A model generated the notes under the pieces. That model made no database searches. It was not told the DNA's origin and saw only the letters and a list, made by a program, of their open reading frames with translations. A program made the position numbers and the translations under genes. From Minisyncoccota bacterium (GTDB lineage Bacteria > Patescibacteriota > Minisyncoccia > UBA6257 > GWB1-50-10), in the NCBI GenBank assembly GCA_041917695.1, contig JAYRXE010000037.1, forward strand, positions 66,155-130,154: a stretch of DNA of 64,000 nt, in the 5' to 3' direction. Shown in pieces: positions 27,309-35,984 of the stretch. Position 1 is the stretch's first letter, and each line of letters begins with the position of its first letter.

Positions 27309-27725
27309 ATGCAGGACTGCCTTTTCTGCAAAATCGCGCGAAAGGATATTCCCGCGCACGTTATTTTCGAGAATCCGGGAGCGATTGCGTTTCTCGACAT
27401 CCATCCCGTCGCCAAAGGACACGCGGTCGTGATTCCCCGGGCGCATAGCGGGAACGTCGTTGACGCGGACGACGAAAGCCTTTCGGGAGCCATACTTGCC
27501 GTGCGGGAAACGGTGAAAAAACTCGAACGCGCTTTACATCCGGCCGGTTTTACGATAGGAATAAACCACGGTGAAGCGGCGGGACAGGCGGTCCCGCACC
27601 TCCACATCCATGTTATCCCGCGATATAGCGGGGACGGCGGGAAATCGATTCACAGCATCGTTTCCGCGCCCGCGCCCTCCGATATCGCCGAAACGTATAC
27701 CCTTATCACCCAATCACACCAATGA
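27309..27725 (+). CDS. HIT-family hydrolase
   Basis: Histidine-triad motif VPHLHIHVIPR. Confidence 0.8.
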   Translation: MQDCLFCKIARKDIPAHVIFENPGAIAFLDIHPVAKGHAVVIPRAHSGNVVDADDESLSGAILAVRETVKKLERALHPAGFTIGINHGEAAGQAVPHLHIHVIPRYSGDGGKSIHSIVSAPAPSDIAETYTLITQSHQ

Positions 27726-27952
27726 TAGAAGTACGAAAAAAAGAAGGAGAAACGACCGGTTCGTTCCTCTTCAGCTTCAACAAGCGCGTGAAGCGCAGCG
27801 GCGTCATGAAAGAGACGCGCAAGCGCCGGTATCGCGCCCGCACGCAAAACCGCACGAAGCGGCGCAATTCGACCCTCTACCGGGTTTCGAAACACGCGGA
27901 AATCGAGAAGGAGCGGAAGTATGGCGGAGAACCTGCGAAACGCCGTTCATAA
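27722..27952 (+). CDS. rpsU: 30S ribosomal protein S21
   Basis: MIEVRKKEGE...FNKRVKRSGVMKE...RYRARTQNR pattern of bS21. Confidence 0.75.
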   Translation: MIEVRKKEGETTGSFLFSFNKRVKRSGVMKETRKRRYRARTQNRTKRRNSTLYRVSKHAEIEKERKYGGEPAKRRS

Positions 27953-28385
27953 GGACCTCGTTGAGGCCATGAAACAAAAGGACGACCTTCGGGTCGGCGT
28001 TTTGCGCATGGCGATAGCGGCGTTTGAAAAAAAAGGAACTGAACTCCGCACGGCGGGAAAACCCGAAGCGACCGAGGCGGACCTTGAGGCGGTCTTGCGG
28101 AGCGAGGTGAAGCGACGCAAGGAAGCCCAGGCGCTTTTTATCGAAGGGAAGCGCGACGACCTTGCGGAAAAAGAAGGCAAGGAGATAGCGGTATTGACAG
28201 CATATCTCCCGCCGGAGCTTTCCGAAGCGGATATTCTCGCGGCCGTGAAAGCCGCTATTGCGGAAACCGGCGCGCAAAGCCAGAGGGATTTCGGCGCCGT
28301 CATGAAAGCGGCAGGCAAGGCGCTGCAGGGCCGCGCGGACGGCAAGCGGGTCGCAGAAATCGCGAAGGGCTTGCTCGCGGCGTAA
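27921..28385 (+). CDS. GatB/YqeY domain protein
   Basis: LVEAMKQKDDLRVGVLRMAIAAFEKK and a C-terminal QRDFGAVMKAAGKALQGRADGKRV typical of YqeY. Confidence 0.7.
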   Translation: MAENLRNAVHKDLVEAMKQKDDLRVGVLRMAIAAFEKKGTELRTAGKPEATEADLEAVLRSEVKRRKEAQALFIEGKRDDLAEKEGKEIAVLTAYLPPELSEADILAAVKAAIAETGAQSQRDFGAVMKAAGKALQGRADGKRVAEIAKGLLAA

Positions 28386-28388
28386 CGT

Positions 28389-28847
28389 ATGCCCGTTAAA
28401 AAAAACTCGCCGCGATGCGAGATTTTTTTTGAGAACGCGCGCTTCGCAAAGCACGAAGACGCCATCCGCGAAGCGGCACGCATCGTTTTTTCCTCACTGC
28501 GCGATTCAAAAAGTTTTTTTACGCTCTATTGCATCACGAATGCGTCGATTGCGAAGATGAATCTCGTCCACAAGAAAAAGAAAGGGCCCGCTACGGTCTT
28601 TTCATTTCCCGCCCGACCCGATTTTCCGCATCCCGAGGTTCCGCGGGGCATGAGGTACCGCGGTGAGATCTTCATGGGTATCGATCACATCCTGAAGACG
28701 AAGCGCGAACCGCTTGCGCGGTACCTCGCGCACGCCATATTGCATCTTGTCGGCTACACCCATTCGCGACAATCTGATAGAATTGAAATGGAAGCGCTCG
28801 AACGGAAACTTCAAAAGCGCTTAATGAAAGAGGACGCATGGAAATAA
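28389..28847 (+). CDS. ybeY: rRNA maturation endoribonuclease YbeY
   Basis: C-terminal HAILHLVGYTH (H-x3-H-x5-H metal site). Confidence 0.6.
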   Translation: MPVKKNSPRCEIFFENARFAKHEDAIREAARIVFSSLRDSKSFFTLYCITNASIAKMNLVHKKKKGPATVFSFPARPDFPHPEVPRGMRYRGEIFMGIDHILKTKREPLARYLAHAILHLVGYTHSRQSDRIEMEALERKLQKRLMKEDAWK

Positions 28848-28859
28848 TCACATACCGCA

Positions 28860-30077
28860 ATGGGACGGCTTATTACGGGGCTTGATATCGGCACCCAAAA
28901 TATCAAGTGCATCGTCGCCGAAGAGAAAAAGAACGGAGAGCTTTCCGTTCTTTCGGTAGTAAAACAGCCTTCATCGGGGTTCCAAAAAGGCGTACTTGTC
29001 GATCTCGACGAGGCAGCCCACACGCTCCGCGAACTCGTACTTGATTTGCAGAAGGTTTCCAAGGCGGCCACCTCGAACGTCTTTGTGAACGCGAACTCGG
29101 GGAACATCCGCACGCGCATCTCGCGCGGCCTCACGGCCGTCGCACGCGCCGACCGCGAAATCCAGCAGGACGATATCGACAAGGCTATCCAGCTCGCCCA
29201 GGCGGTGAAACAGCAGCCGAATTACATGATGCTCCACAACATCGTCCGCGAGTACTACGTGGACGATGTCGGGAATATGCACGATCCGCTCGGCATGACG
29301 GGGAACCGCCTTGAGGCGTCGACCTTGATCATCGAGGCATTCACTCCGCAGATATCGATTTTGGGAAAGACGCTCGAACGCGTCGGCATGAAAGTGAACG
29401 GCTGCATTTTTAATCCCATCGCCGCAGCCCGCTCAATACTTACGAAATCCCAACGGGATCTTGGCGTTATCCTGCTCGACTTCGGTTTTCAAACGACCTC
29501 CTTTGTCGTCTACGAGGAAGGGAAGCTTTCATACGCCAAATCGGTGCCGGTCGGCGCACAGCATATCACGAACGATCTCGCCGTCGGCCTTCAGATCAGC
29601 GCGGAAGCGGCGGAAAAACTGAAATGCGGGGTAGGGAACGCCCTTGCGGAGAACGTCCCGCGCAAGGAGCCGGTCTTACTTTCGGAATTCGAGCCTTCGA
29701 ACCACACGCAGGTTTCGAAGCGGTTTGTTTCGGAAATCATCGAAGCGCGGCTGCACGAGATCATGGATTTGGTGAATGGCGAGCTGAAGGTTCTCGGCAA
29801 GAACCCGCGTTTCCCCTCCGGGGCGGTGGTGACCGGGGGAGGCTCGAAGCTTCCCGGGCTTACCGACCTGGTCCAAAAAGCCCTTAAATCCTATGTCCAG
29901 CTCGGCTTTTCACAGGCCCAGGAATTTGATATTGTGAACCCCACTCATCGGGAGTATCTTGAAGATCCACAGTTCTCGGTCGCCCTCGGCCTTGTTTTAT
30001 GGGGACGGGTGCAGGGAACCGGCCCGCGGGGCATCGGCGAATCAGTCAAGGATTTCATCAAAAATCTCCTCCCGTAA
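28860..30077 (+). CDS. ftsA: cell division protein FtsA
   Basis: LITGLDIGTQNIKCIV actin-fold N-terminus; ftsA-ftsZ gene order. Confidence 0.85.
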   Translation: MGRLITGLDIGTQNIKCIVAEEKKNGELSVLSVVKQPSSGFQKGVLVDLDEAAHTLRELVLDLQKVSKAATSNVFVNANSGNIRTRISRGLTAVARADREIQQDDIDKAIQLAQAVKQQPNYMMLHNIVREYYVDDVGNMHDPLGMTGNRLEASTLIIEAFTPQISILGKTLERVGMKVNGCIFNPIAAARSILTKSQRDLGVILLDFGFQTTSFVVYEEGKLSYAKSVPVGAQHITNDLAVGLQISAEAAEKLKCGVGNALAENVPRKEPVLLSEFEPSNHTQVSKRFVSEIIEARLHEIMDLVNGELKVLGKNPRFPSGAVVTGGGSKLPGLTDLVQKALKSYVQLGFSQAQEFDIVNPTHREYLEDPQFSVALGLVLWGRVQGTGPRGIGESVKDFIKNLLP

Positions 30078-30082
30078 AACCT

Positions 30083-31330
30083 ATGGCAAAAGCAAAAAAA
30101 AGAACCGCCAAAAGAGCCATCCCGAGCATGCGTCTCGGCGGCCATAAGACCTTGGTATTGAAAAACCCGATTGCGCGCATCGTCGTTGTCGGCGTGGGCG
30201 GCGCGGGCGGAAACATCGTGAGCCGCATGATGGAAGGCGACCGCATGCGCGGCGTTGAATACGTTGCGGTGAACACCGACGCGCAGGATCTCGACCGCAC
30301 GTCGGCGCATAAGAAGGTGTACATCGGCCGCGCGCTTACGCGGGGACTCGGTGCGGGCATGAATCCTGAAGTCGGAAAGCAGGCAGCCGAGGAAAACCGT
30401 TCGGAGATCGGCGAGATTTTGGAAGGAGCGGACGTAGTCTTCATTACGGCGGGTATGGGAGGCGGAACGGGAACGTTCGGCGCTTCCGTCGTCGCAGATA
30501 TCGCGAAGGAGAAGGGAATTCTTACCATCGCGATGGTGACCCGTCCTTTCACGTTTGAAGGCTCCCAGCGGGGGCACATCGCCCAGGACGGCTTGAATCA
30601 TCTGAAAGAGAAAGTCGATTCGCTCATCATCGTCCCGAACGACAAGATATTTTCCATCATTGATAAGGACACGCCCCTCCTCAAGGCCTTCGGCTATATC
30701 GACGAGATACTCCGCCAGGGAGTTTTCGCCATCACCGATTTGGTAAATACCCCCGGTATCATCAATGTCGACTTCGCGGACATTAAAACCATCATGAAGG
30801 ACGCGGGCACGACCTTGATCGGCATCGGTTTCGGTTCCGGTCCCGAGCGCGCCCAAAAGGCCATCGAGCAGGCCATCCATTCGCCGCTCCTTGAGATTTC
30901 CATCGACGGCGCGAAAGGCGTGCTTTTCTCGATTGCGGGCGGAAAGGATATGAAAATGTCGGAAATCGACGAGGTGGCGAAAGCCGTCACGGCGAATCTC
31001 GACCCGAATGCAAAGATAATCTTCGGCGCATATCACGACCGATCCTTGAAGGACAAGAATATCAAAGTGACCGTCATCGCCACCGGTTTCACATCCGTGA
31101 TGGGCGGCGGCACCCGTATTTTAAACGCCCCAACTCTTTTCTTTGACGAAGAAAAAAGCCATATGCCGGCAATCCGGTACGGCGGCGAAGCGGAAAAGCC
31201 TCGCATTGAAACGAAGAAGAAGGTAGAGCCTGAAGATTCCGAGGAAGAAGAGGAGGACGACAAGAAGCTTCCCTTCGACAGCCAGGAGCCCTGGGAAATC
31301 CCTGCGTTCCTCCGCAAAAAGAAAAAATAA
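30083..31330 (+). CDS. ftsZ: cell division protein FtsZ
   Basis: VVGVGGAGGN and the tubulin signature GMGGGTGTFG. Trimmed to the ATG at 30083. Confidence 0.9.
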   Translation: MAKAKKRTAKRAIPSMRLGGHKTLVLKNPIARIVVVGVGGAGGNIVSRMMEGDRMRGVEYVAVNTDAQDLDRTSAHKKVYIGRALTRGLGAGMNPEVGKQAAEENRSEIGEILEGADVVFITAGMGGGTGTFGASVVADIAKEKGILTIAMVTRPFTFEGSQRGHIAQDGLNHLKEKVDSLIIVPNDKIFSIIDKDTPLLKAFGYIDEILRQGVFAITDLVNTPGIINVDFADIKTIMKDAGTTLIGIGFGSGPERAQKAIEQAIHSPLLEISIDGAKGVLFSIAGGKDMKMSEIDEVAKAVTANLDPNAKIIFGAYHDRSLKDKNIKVTVIATGFTSVMGGGTRILNAPTLFFDEEKSHMPAIRYGGEAEKPRIETKKKVEPEDSEEEEEDDKKLPFDSQEPWEIPAFLRKKKK

Positions 31331-31342
31331 GCGCGGCCCTTC

Positions 31343-31416
31343 GCCAGCGTAGCTCAGTGGTAGAGCAACTGTTTTGTAAACAGTAGGTCGTGGGTTCAAA
31401 TCCCTCCGCTGGCTCA
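31343..31416 (+). tRNA. tRNA-Thr, anticodon TGT
   Basis: GCCAGCG/CGCTGGC acceptor, D-arm TAGCTCAGTGGTAGAGC, anticodon stem ACTGT/ACAGT with loop TTTGTAA, T-arm GGTTCAAATCC. Confidence 0.8.
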
Positions 31417-31450
31417 CACTTTCCCTTACCATACGTTATATATAGCGACT

Positions 31451-31930
31451 ATGAACAAAAATCTCATTATCGGACTTCTTGCCGCAGTCATCCTCGTTCT
31501 TCTCGGCATTTTGGCGTTTACCAACCGTTCCGCGGCGCCCATCACGGGCGAGCCTGTGGCGACGAGCACGGGGAATCCGACGTCCGTTCCCGTCTATGCG
31601 GAAAAGCCGAACCTTGTACGCGTCCAAAATGTCGCGAATGGTTCCCGCATCGCTTCGCCGGTAACCGTGAAAGGCGAGGCGAGGGGATACTGGTTTTTTG
31701 AAGCCTCTTTTCCGGTTGAAATCCGCGATGAAAACGGACGCGTCTTGGGCGGAGGAATCGCCGAAGCGCAGGAGGAATGGATGACGGAAAACTACGTGCC
31801 TTTTACCGCCGTCGTTTCTTTCAATCCCGGCACCGCCACCAAGGGATATATCGCGCTTATCAAGGACAATCCTTCAGGGCTTCCCGAGAATGACGATGAG
31901 CTGCTCGTGCCCGTTTCTTTTGGGCCGTAA
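31451..31930 (+). CDS. secreted hypothetical protein (Gmad2-like Ig-type domain by recollection)
   Basis: Signal anchor then a beta-rich domain. Confidence 0.4.
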   Translation: MNKNLIIGLLAAVILVLLGILAFTNRSAAPITGEPVATSTGNPTSVPVYAEKPNLVRVQNVANGSRIASPVTVKGEARGYWFFEASFPVEIRDENGRVLGGGIAEAQEEWMTENYVPFTAVVSFNPGTATKGYIALIKDNPSGLPENDDELLVPVSFGP

Positions 31931-31951
31931 AAAAACCGGCTCTGCGCCGTT

Positions 31952-32722
31952 TTAACCAACCCCTAAGAGTTCTGAGACCCGTGCGAGCCGGTATCCCTTC
32001 CTCCTCAGGCGTTCGATGATGTTCGGCAACGCCCGACCCGTCGCCGGAGCGTGATCTCCGCCGTCCGCGTGAAGGACGATTACGTCTCCCGGTTTTACGG
32101 CTTTCACGACCGAAAAGGCGAGATGCAGAGGCTCTTTAATACGCGTATCAAGATCCGCAAGGCGCCCCCCTACGAGCGCATAGCCATATTTTCGAATCGC
32201 TTCCCCCTGGTCGGGGTTTTCCTCGTGCCGAGGAAAACGGAACAGTTTGCGGTAGGCGGGGTATTTTGAAAGGATTCTTTCAGCCTCCTTGAGCGTCTCA
32301 ACGCCTGCTTTGGGTTCGGATTCGAGGGTCCGTGAAAGGGGGGAAAACCCCGCATGCGTATAGCCGTGGTTGCCGATTTCAAAAAATGCATGATCGGAAA
32401 TTGTTTGGGTGATTGCCGGATGCGCCTCCGCCCATCGCCCGGTGAGGAAAAATGTCGCAGGCACTTCGAGCCGTATGAGCGTCTCGAGAATCGAAGGGTC
32501 AAACCACTGTTTCACCTGCCCCATGCGGAGCATCTGCTCCATTTTAGGCGTAAGGTCGAGATTGAAGGTGAGCGCAACGACCTTCTCGCGCGTTGCGATG
32601 CGGTCTATCAAAAAAGGCACTCGAGGCCTTTTTTCAACGCGCGTCGTGAAAATGTAGGAAAGAAGCGTAAGCAGTATTTCCCGCAGGTTCCCTTTTTTCG
32701 CCATATCTTTATTATAGAACAT
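31952..32722 (-). CDS. polysaccharide deacetylase (NodB homology domain)
   Basis: FNLDLT..., TFFLTGRWAEAHP and GNHGYTHAGF blocks match the NodB motifs (TFDDG-like, H-S-x-x-H-P, and a His-rich motif). Confidence 0.7.
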   Translation of the reverse strand: MFYNKDMAKKGNLREILLTLLSYIFTTRVEKRPRVPFLIDRIATREKVVALTFNLDLTPKMEQMLRMGQVKQWFDPSILETLIRLEVPATFFLTGRWAEAHPAITQTISDHAFFEIGNHGYTHAGFSPLSRTLESEPKAGVETLKEAERILSKYPAYRKLFRFPRHEENPDQGEAIRKYGYALVGGRLADLDTRIKEPLHLAFSVVKAVKPGDVIVLHADGGDHAPATGRALPNIIERLRRKGYRLARVSELLGVG

Positions 32723-32773
32723 AGGAGCTTCTCCTTACTAGTATATAGCTCTCTTATATGCTACTCTACTGCC

Positions 32774-33385
32774 GTGATAGAAAAACGCATTCTTGTAGAT
32801 CGGTATATCCAAAAAAAGAAATCACTCCAGGAGATTTCCCATGAATTAGGGTGCTCATTGCATACCATTGCATATTGGATGCAAAAATATCGCATTCCCC
32901 GGCGTACTCACAGTGAAGCGACCTACGTAAAACGAAATCCTGAAGGAGATCCCTTCGTGATAACGAAGCCGCAAACTTTAGAAGAGGGCATTCTTTTTGG
33001 GATGGGCTTGGGTTTGTATTGGGGCGAAGGAACCAAGGCTGATAAAGGGTCAATACGATTAGGAAATTCAGACCCAGATTTAATTAAGGTTTTTATCGAT
33101 TTTCTCGGACAGGCATATGGCGTAAAAAAGGAGAAACTCAGTTTCGGATTGCAAATCTTTAGTGATATATCTCCAATAGTAGCTCAGGCGTTCTGGGTAA
33201 AAAAGTTGGGAGTCAGCAAGGATCAGTTTTATAAAACGCTCATTACGCCATCCCGTGGCGAGGGATCGTATAGAAAGAAATTAAAATACGGAGTATTGAC
33301 AGTTTATTTTTGCAATAAGAAACTAAGGACTGCTCTTATTAAGGAGCTTGAAGCATTTGGATTAAAAACTTCAACGCCAATGTAG
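32774..33385 (+). CDS. free-standing LAGLIDADG homing endonuclease with N-terminal HTH
   Basis: LFGMGLGLYWGEGTK is a LAGLIDADG-type motif; the N-terminal SLQEISHELGCSLHTIAYWMQKY is an HTH. GTG start. The TAG stop (33383-33385) lies inside the acceptor stem/position 8-9 of the downstream tRNA. AT-rich. Confidence 0.6.
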   Translation: MIEKRILVDRYIQKKKSLQEISHELGCSLHTIAYWMQKYRIPRRTHSEATYVKRNPEGDPFVITKPQTLEEGILFGMGLGLYWGEGTKADKGSIRLGNSDPDLIKVFIDFLGQAYGVKKEKLSFGLQIFSDISPIVAQAFWVKKLGVSKDQFYKTLITPSRGEGSYRKKLKYGVLTVYFCNKKLRTALIKELEAFGLKTSTPM

Positions 33386-33639
33386 CTCAGTTGGTAGAGC
33401 AACTCCATGGTAAAATTGCCCGCTATTTCGGAAACGTTTTAGTGAGGCCCGAATAACGGTTAAAGGCCTGCATGCGTGGTTCAGACCGTAGCGCGTAATG
33501 CGCTCGAACGACTGACAAGGGGAGCTAAGTCCTTATGGATATGCTTAAGATACAGTCTAATCCTCTCGAATACAGCATCGCGTAAAAGGAGAGGTGTACA
33601 TGAAGGAGTAGGTCGCCGGTTCAAATCCGGCCATTGGCT
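33376..33639 (+). tRNA. tRNA-Thr, anticodon GGT, interrupted by a group I intron after anticodon position 36
   Basis: 5' exon 33376-33411 is GCCAATG-TA-GCTC-AGTTGGTA-GAGC-A-ACTCC-AT-GGT. 3' exon 33603-33639 is AA-GGAGT-AGGTC-GCCGG-TTCAAAT-CCGGC-CATTGGC-T. The acceptor and anticodon stems pair perfectly only when 33412-33602 is removed. The exon ends in U and the intron ends in G. Confidence 0.6.
33412..33602 (+). ncRNA. group I self-splicing intron (about 191 nt, tRNA-Leu/Azoarcus-like small subgroup)
   Basis: Core-like elements: AATTGCCCGC...GGAAAC (P-like), GTTCAGACCGTAGC (Q/R-like, compare GUUCAGUACC), GCTAAGTCCTTATGGATATGC and AAGATACAGTCTAA (compare CCAAGUCCUAAGUC...UAUGGAUGC and the P7 GACUA element of cyanobacterial tRNA-Leu introns). 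Terminal G. Confidence 0.55.
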
Positions 33640-33671
33640 CAAAATTCTTTAATAAACAAACAGGAGGTCCC

Positions 33672-33911
33672 ATGAGCGGAGAGAATCCAGAAAAATCGTA
33701 TAAATTTTTCGATGTGCTTAAACTTGATTCGCGGGGAAGCATAGTCATCCCTAAAAAAATGAGAGATGAACTTGGCCTTGCGGAAGATGATGTATTGGTA
33801 CTTTTCTATCAAGAATTAGACACGAAAGACAATCTCAAAAGGATTGTGTTGGTAAAATTTATCGATATCGCCGACAAGGAAAAGCTCGAAGCTTTTCAAA
33901 AGAATCTATAA
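33672..33911 (+). CDS. AbrB/SpoVT/MazE-like small DNA-binding protein
   Basis: LDSRGSIVIPKKMRDELGL is the looped-hinge swapped-hairpin motif. AGGAGG ribosome-binding site. AT-rich. Confidence 0.5.
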   Translation: MSGENPEKSYKFFDVLKLDSRGSIVIPKKMRDELGLAEDDVLVLFYQELDTKDNLKRIVLVKFIDIADKEKLEAFQKNL

Positions 33912-33977
33912 AATAAGGAGGGTCCAAGCCCTCTTTATTTTTTGCCACAAAGATGGGGGTTTGGTATAAGAAGGTTA

Positions 33978-34724
33978 ATGAAAGCAGAAAAGATCTACAT
34001 ATACGGAAAGCACGCCCTTTCCGAAGCGGCACGCCATGCGCCTCAGGCGCTTAAAAAAGCTTTTCTTTCCGATTCCCATCGCGGGGGAGCGCTTGAGAAG
34101 GCCCTCATGGATCAGAGCGTCCCGGTTTCGCCGCTCACGGCAAAAGACGAGAAGAGCGTTTCGCGGGACGCGGGACACCAGGGCGCAATCGGCGTAATCG
34201 ATCCGAGCGCGCTCATCACCCCTTTTGAGATTTTCATTGCATCGAGGAAAACCGGCAGCGAAGCCGGCATCGTTTTCCTGGATGGCCTCACCGACCCGCA
34301 TAATTTCGGCGCCATCGTCCGCACCGCAGCGGCATTCGGCGCGGCGGCCGTGATCTTTCCAGAATCGAAGCAGGTATCGCTGACGGGAGCTGCCGTGAAA
34401 GCGTCGGCGGGGATGGCTTTCCGCATCCCCCTGGTTTCCGTGAAAAGTTCCGTTTCCGCCCTCAAGGAACTCAAGAAAAAAGGCTTTTCCTCTTATGCGC
34501 TTCTCATGAACGGCAAGAAGAAGCTGGGAACCGAAGAGTTCCCTCCGTCAACCGTATTCGTCTTCGGAAACGAAGGGAGCGGCGTCTCGAAAGGCGCGCT
34601 CAGCGTTGCAGACGAAACGCTTTCCATTCCCATGCATGGACGTGCCGAATCATTGAACGTCGCCGCTTCGGCAGCCAGCGTTCTTTACGAGTGGTCGAGG
34701 CAATACCCGAAAGCGTTATCATAA
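33978..34724 (+). CDS. TrmH/SpoU-family RNA 2'-O-methyltransferase (RlmB-like)
   Basis: GLTDPHNFGAIVRTAAAFG and LNVAASAASVLYEW are SpoU motifs. Confidence 0.75.
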   Translation: MKAEKIYIYGKHALSEAARHAPQALKKAFLSDSHRGGALEKALMDQSVPVSPLTAKDEKSVSRDAGHQGAIGVIDPSALITPFEIFIASRKTGSEAGIVFLDGLTDPHNFGAIVRTAAAFGAAAVIFPESKQVSLTGAAVKASAGMAFRIPLVSVKSSVSALKELKKKGFSSYALLMNGKKKLGTEEFPPSTVFVFGNEGSGVSKGALSVADETLSIPMHGRAESLNVAASAASVLYEWSRQYPKALS

Positions 34725-34728
34725 ATCC

Positions 34729-35589
34729 ATGGAACGGAATGATGTGCGCGTGTCGGCGTGGAAGGAATACGAGCTCCTCGATTCGGGCGACCATGCGAAG
34801 CTTGAGCGGTATGGGAACGTAATCATCGCCCGTCCCGAAACCCAGGCGGTGTGGGGAAAGAAAACCCCCGCCGCGTGGGAAAAGGCGGACGCCTTGTTCC
34901 GCCGGGAAGAGGAGAAGGGAACGTGGAAAAAAGCGAAAAGCATCCCTGAAACATGGACGCTCTCCTGGGGGGAGGCGAAATTTTCCGTACGGCTTACCAA
35001 TTTCAAACATACCGGCGTTTTTCCCGAACAGGAGCCGAATTGGCGCTGGATCGAGGAGCGGACGAAGGCGCTCAGCGCGCCCAAGGTGCTGAACCTTTTC
35101 GGCTATACCGGCATCGCTTCCCTTGTCGCCGCGCAGGCGGGAGGAATCGTCACGCACGTGGATTCCTCAAAGCAGTCGCTTTCATGGGCAAAGGAAAATG
35201 CGGAGCTTTCCAGTGTTCCCGAAGGATTCTTGCGGTATATTCCCGACGACGCGGCAAAGTTTTCCCGGCGGGAGGTGCGGCGCGGAGCGAAATACGACGG
35301 CATTATCCTCGATCCGCCGGCTTTCGGGCGCGGAGCGAAAGGGGAGGTCTGGAAAATAGAAGAAGGGATGCGGGAACTTATGCAAACCGTCCGCGACCTG
35401 CTTTCGGAGGCTCCCGGGAGCTTCCTCGTCCTGAACGGCTATGCGGCGGGGTATTCCGCGTATTCTTTCGCGGAGCTTATGCGGGAAACTTTCCCTTCCG
35501 CGGACATTGAATTCGGCGAACTTCTCATTCCCGAAAAGGGAGGAGAGCGCGTCCTTCCGTCGGGTATTTTTGCCCGCTTTTCCCGCTAG
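34729..35589 (+). CDS. class I SAM-dependent rRNA methyltransferase (RlmI-like)
   Basis: LFGYTGIASLVAAQAGG-VTHVDSS-Q-L-WA-EN and GIILDPPAFG resemble the RlmI/YccW methyltransferase domain. Confidence 0.55.
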   Translation: MERNDVRVSAWKEYELLDSGDHAKLERYGNVIIARPETQAVWGKKTPAAWEKADALFRREEEKGTWKKAKSIPETWTLSWGEAKFSVRLTNFKHTGVFPEQEPNWRWIEERTKALSAPKVLNLFGYTGIASLVAAQAGGIVTHVDSSKQSLSWAKENAELSSVPEGFLRYIPDDAAKFSRREVRRGAKYDGIILDPPAFGRGAKGEVWKIEEGMRELMQTVRDLLSEAPGSFLVLNGYAAGYSAYSFAELMRETFPSADIEFGELLIPEKGGERVLPSGIFARFSR

Positions 35590-35651
35590 AACGGCCGAGG
35601 GATTTACTTTTTTCCGCCTCTCGTGTAGTCTCAACGTTGTACGAAATCGCT

Positions 35652-35831
35652 ATGGCTCAGGGAAAATTCACTGAAAATCTTCGCCGGCTCCGCTGCACGA
35701 CGTGCAAGAGCTTTAATTTCTATACCCGCCGAAAGAAAACGCTTGAACGCAAGCTCGAGTTTAAAAAATATTGCCCGACCTGCAACAAGCACACGGTCCA
35801 CAAGGAAGCGAAGCTCACCGGAAGCAAATAA
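35652..35831 (+). CDS. rpmG: 50S ribosomal protein L33
   Basis: CTTCKSFNFYTRRKKTLERKLEFKKYCPTCNKHTVHKEAK is the bL33 zinc-ribbon pattern. A terminator follows at 35844-35875. Confidence 0.7.
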   Translation: MAQGKFTENLRRLRCTTCKSFNFYTRRKKTLERKLEFKKYCPTCNKHTVHKEAKLTGSK

Positions 35832-35912
35832 GATTGGAATCCCAAAACCGCCTCCCGGCGGTTTTTGCTTTTTGAAAGCCGGAGCGCGTATGCTTTAATA
35901 AGGATTGTTTTA

Positions 35913-35983
35913 GGGGGTATCGTTCAATGGTAGGACGGCGGTCTCCAAAACCGCTAATCTGGGTTCAACTCCTAGTGCCCCCG
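35913..35983 (+). tRNA. tRNA-Trp, anticodon CCA
   Basis: Acceptor GGGGGTA/TGCCCCC, anticodon stem GCGGT/ACCGC with loop CTCCAAA, T-arm CTGGG-TTCAACT-CCTAG. Confidence 0.7.
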
Positions 35984-35984
35984 C

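Noticed and set aside
29999-30082. Upstream extension of ftsZ ORF
   Set aside because: It overlaps the ftsA 3' end. The canonical FtsZ N-terminus begins at the ATG at 30083, which has a proper spacer.
29945-31036. 363-aa minus-strand ORF
   Set aside because: Antisense to ftsA/ftsZ, which have unambiguous signatures.
32354-32773. 5' extension of the LAGLIDADG ORF (the track lists 32354..33385)
   Set aside because: The extension is antisense to the polysaccharide deacetylase gene and has no homing-endonuclease-like sequence. The gene was trimmed to the GTG at 32774, just after the deacetylase start.
33412-33602. Alternative intron position (after U33 or after position 34, as in tRNA-Leu introns)
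   Set aside because: Only the 36/37 junction gives an exon ending in U, an intron ending in G and a 7-nt anticodon loop. Other placements leave an intron ending in C or A.
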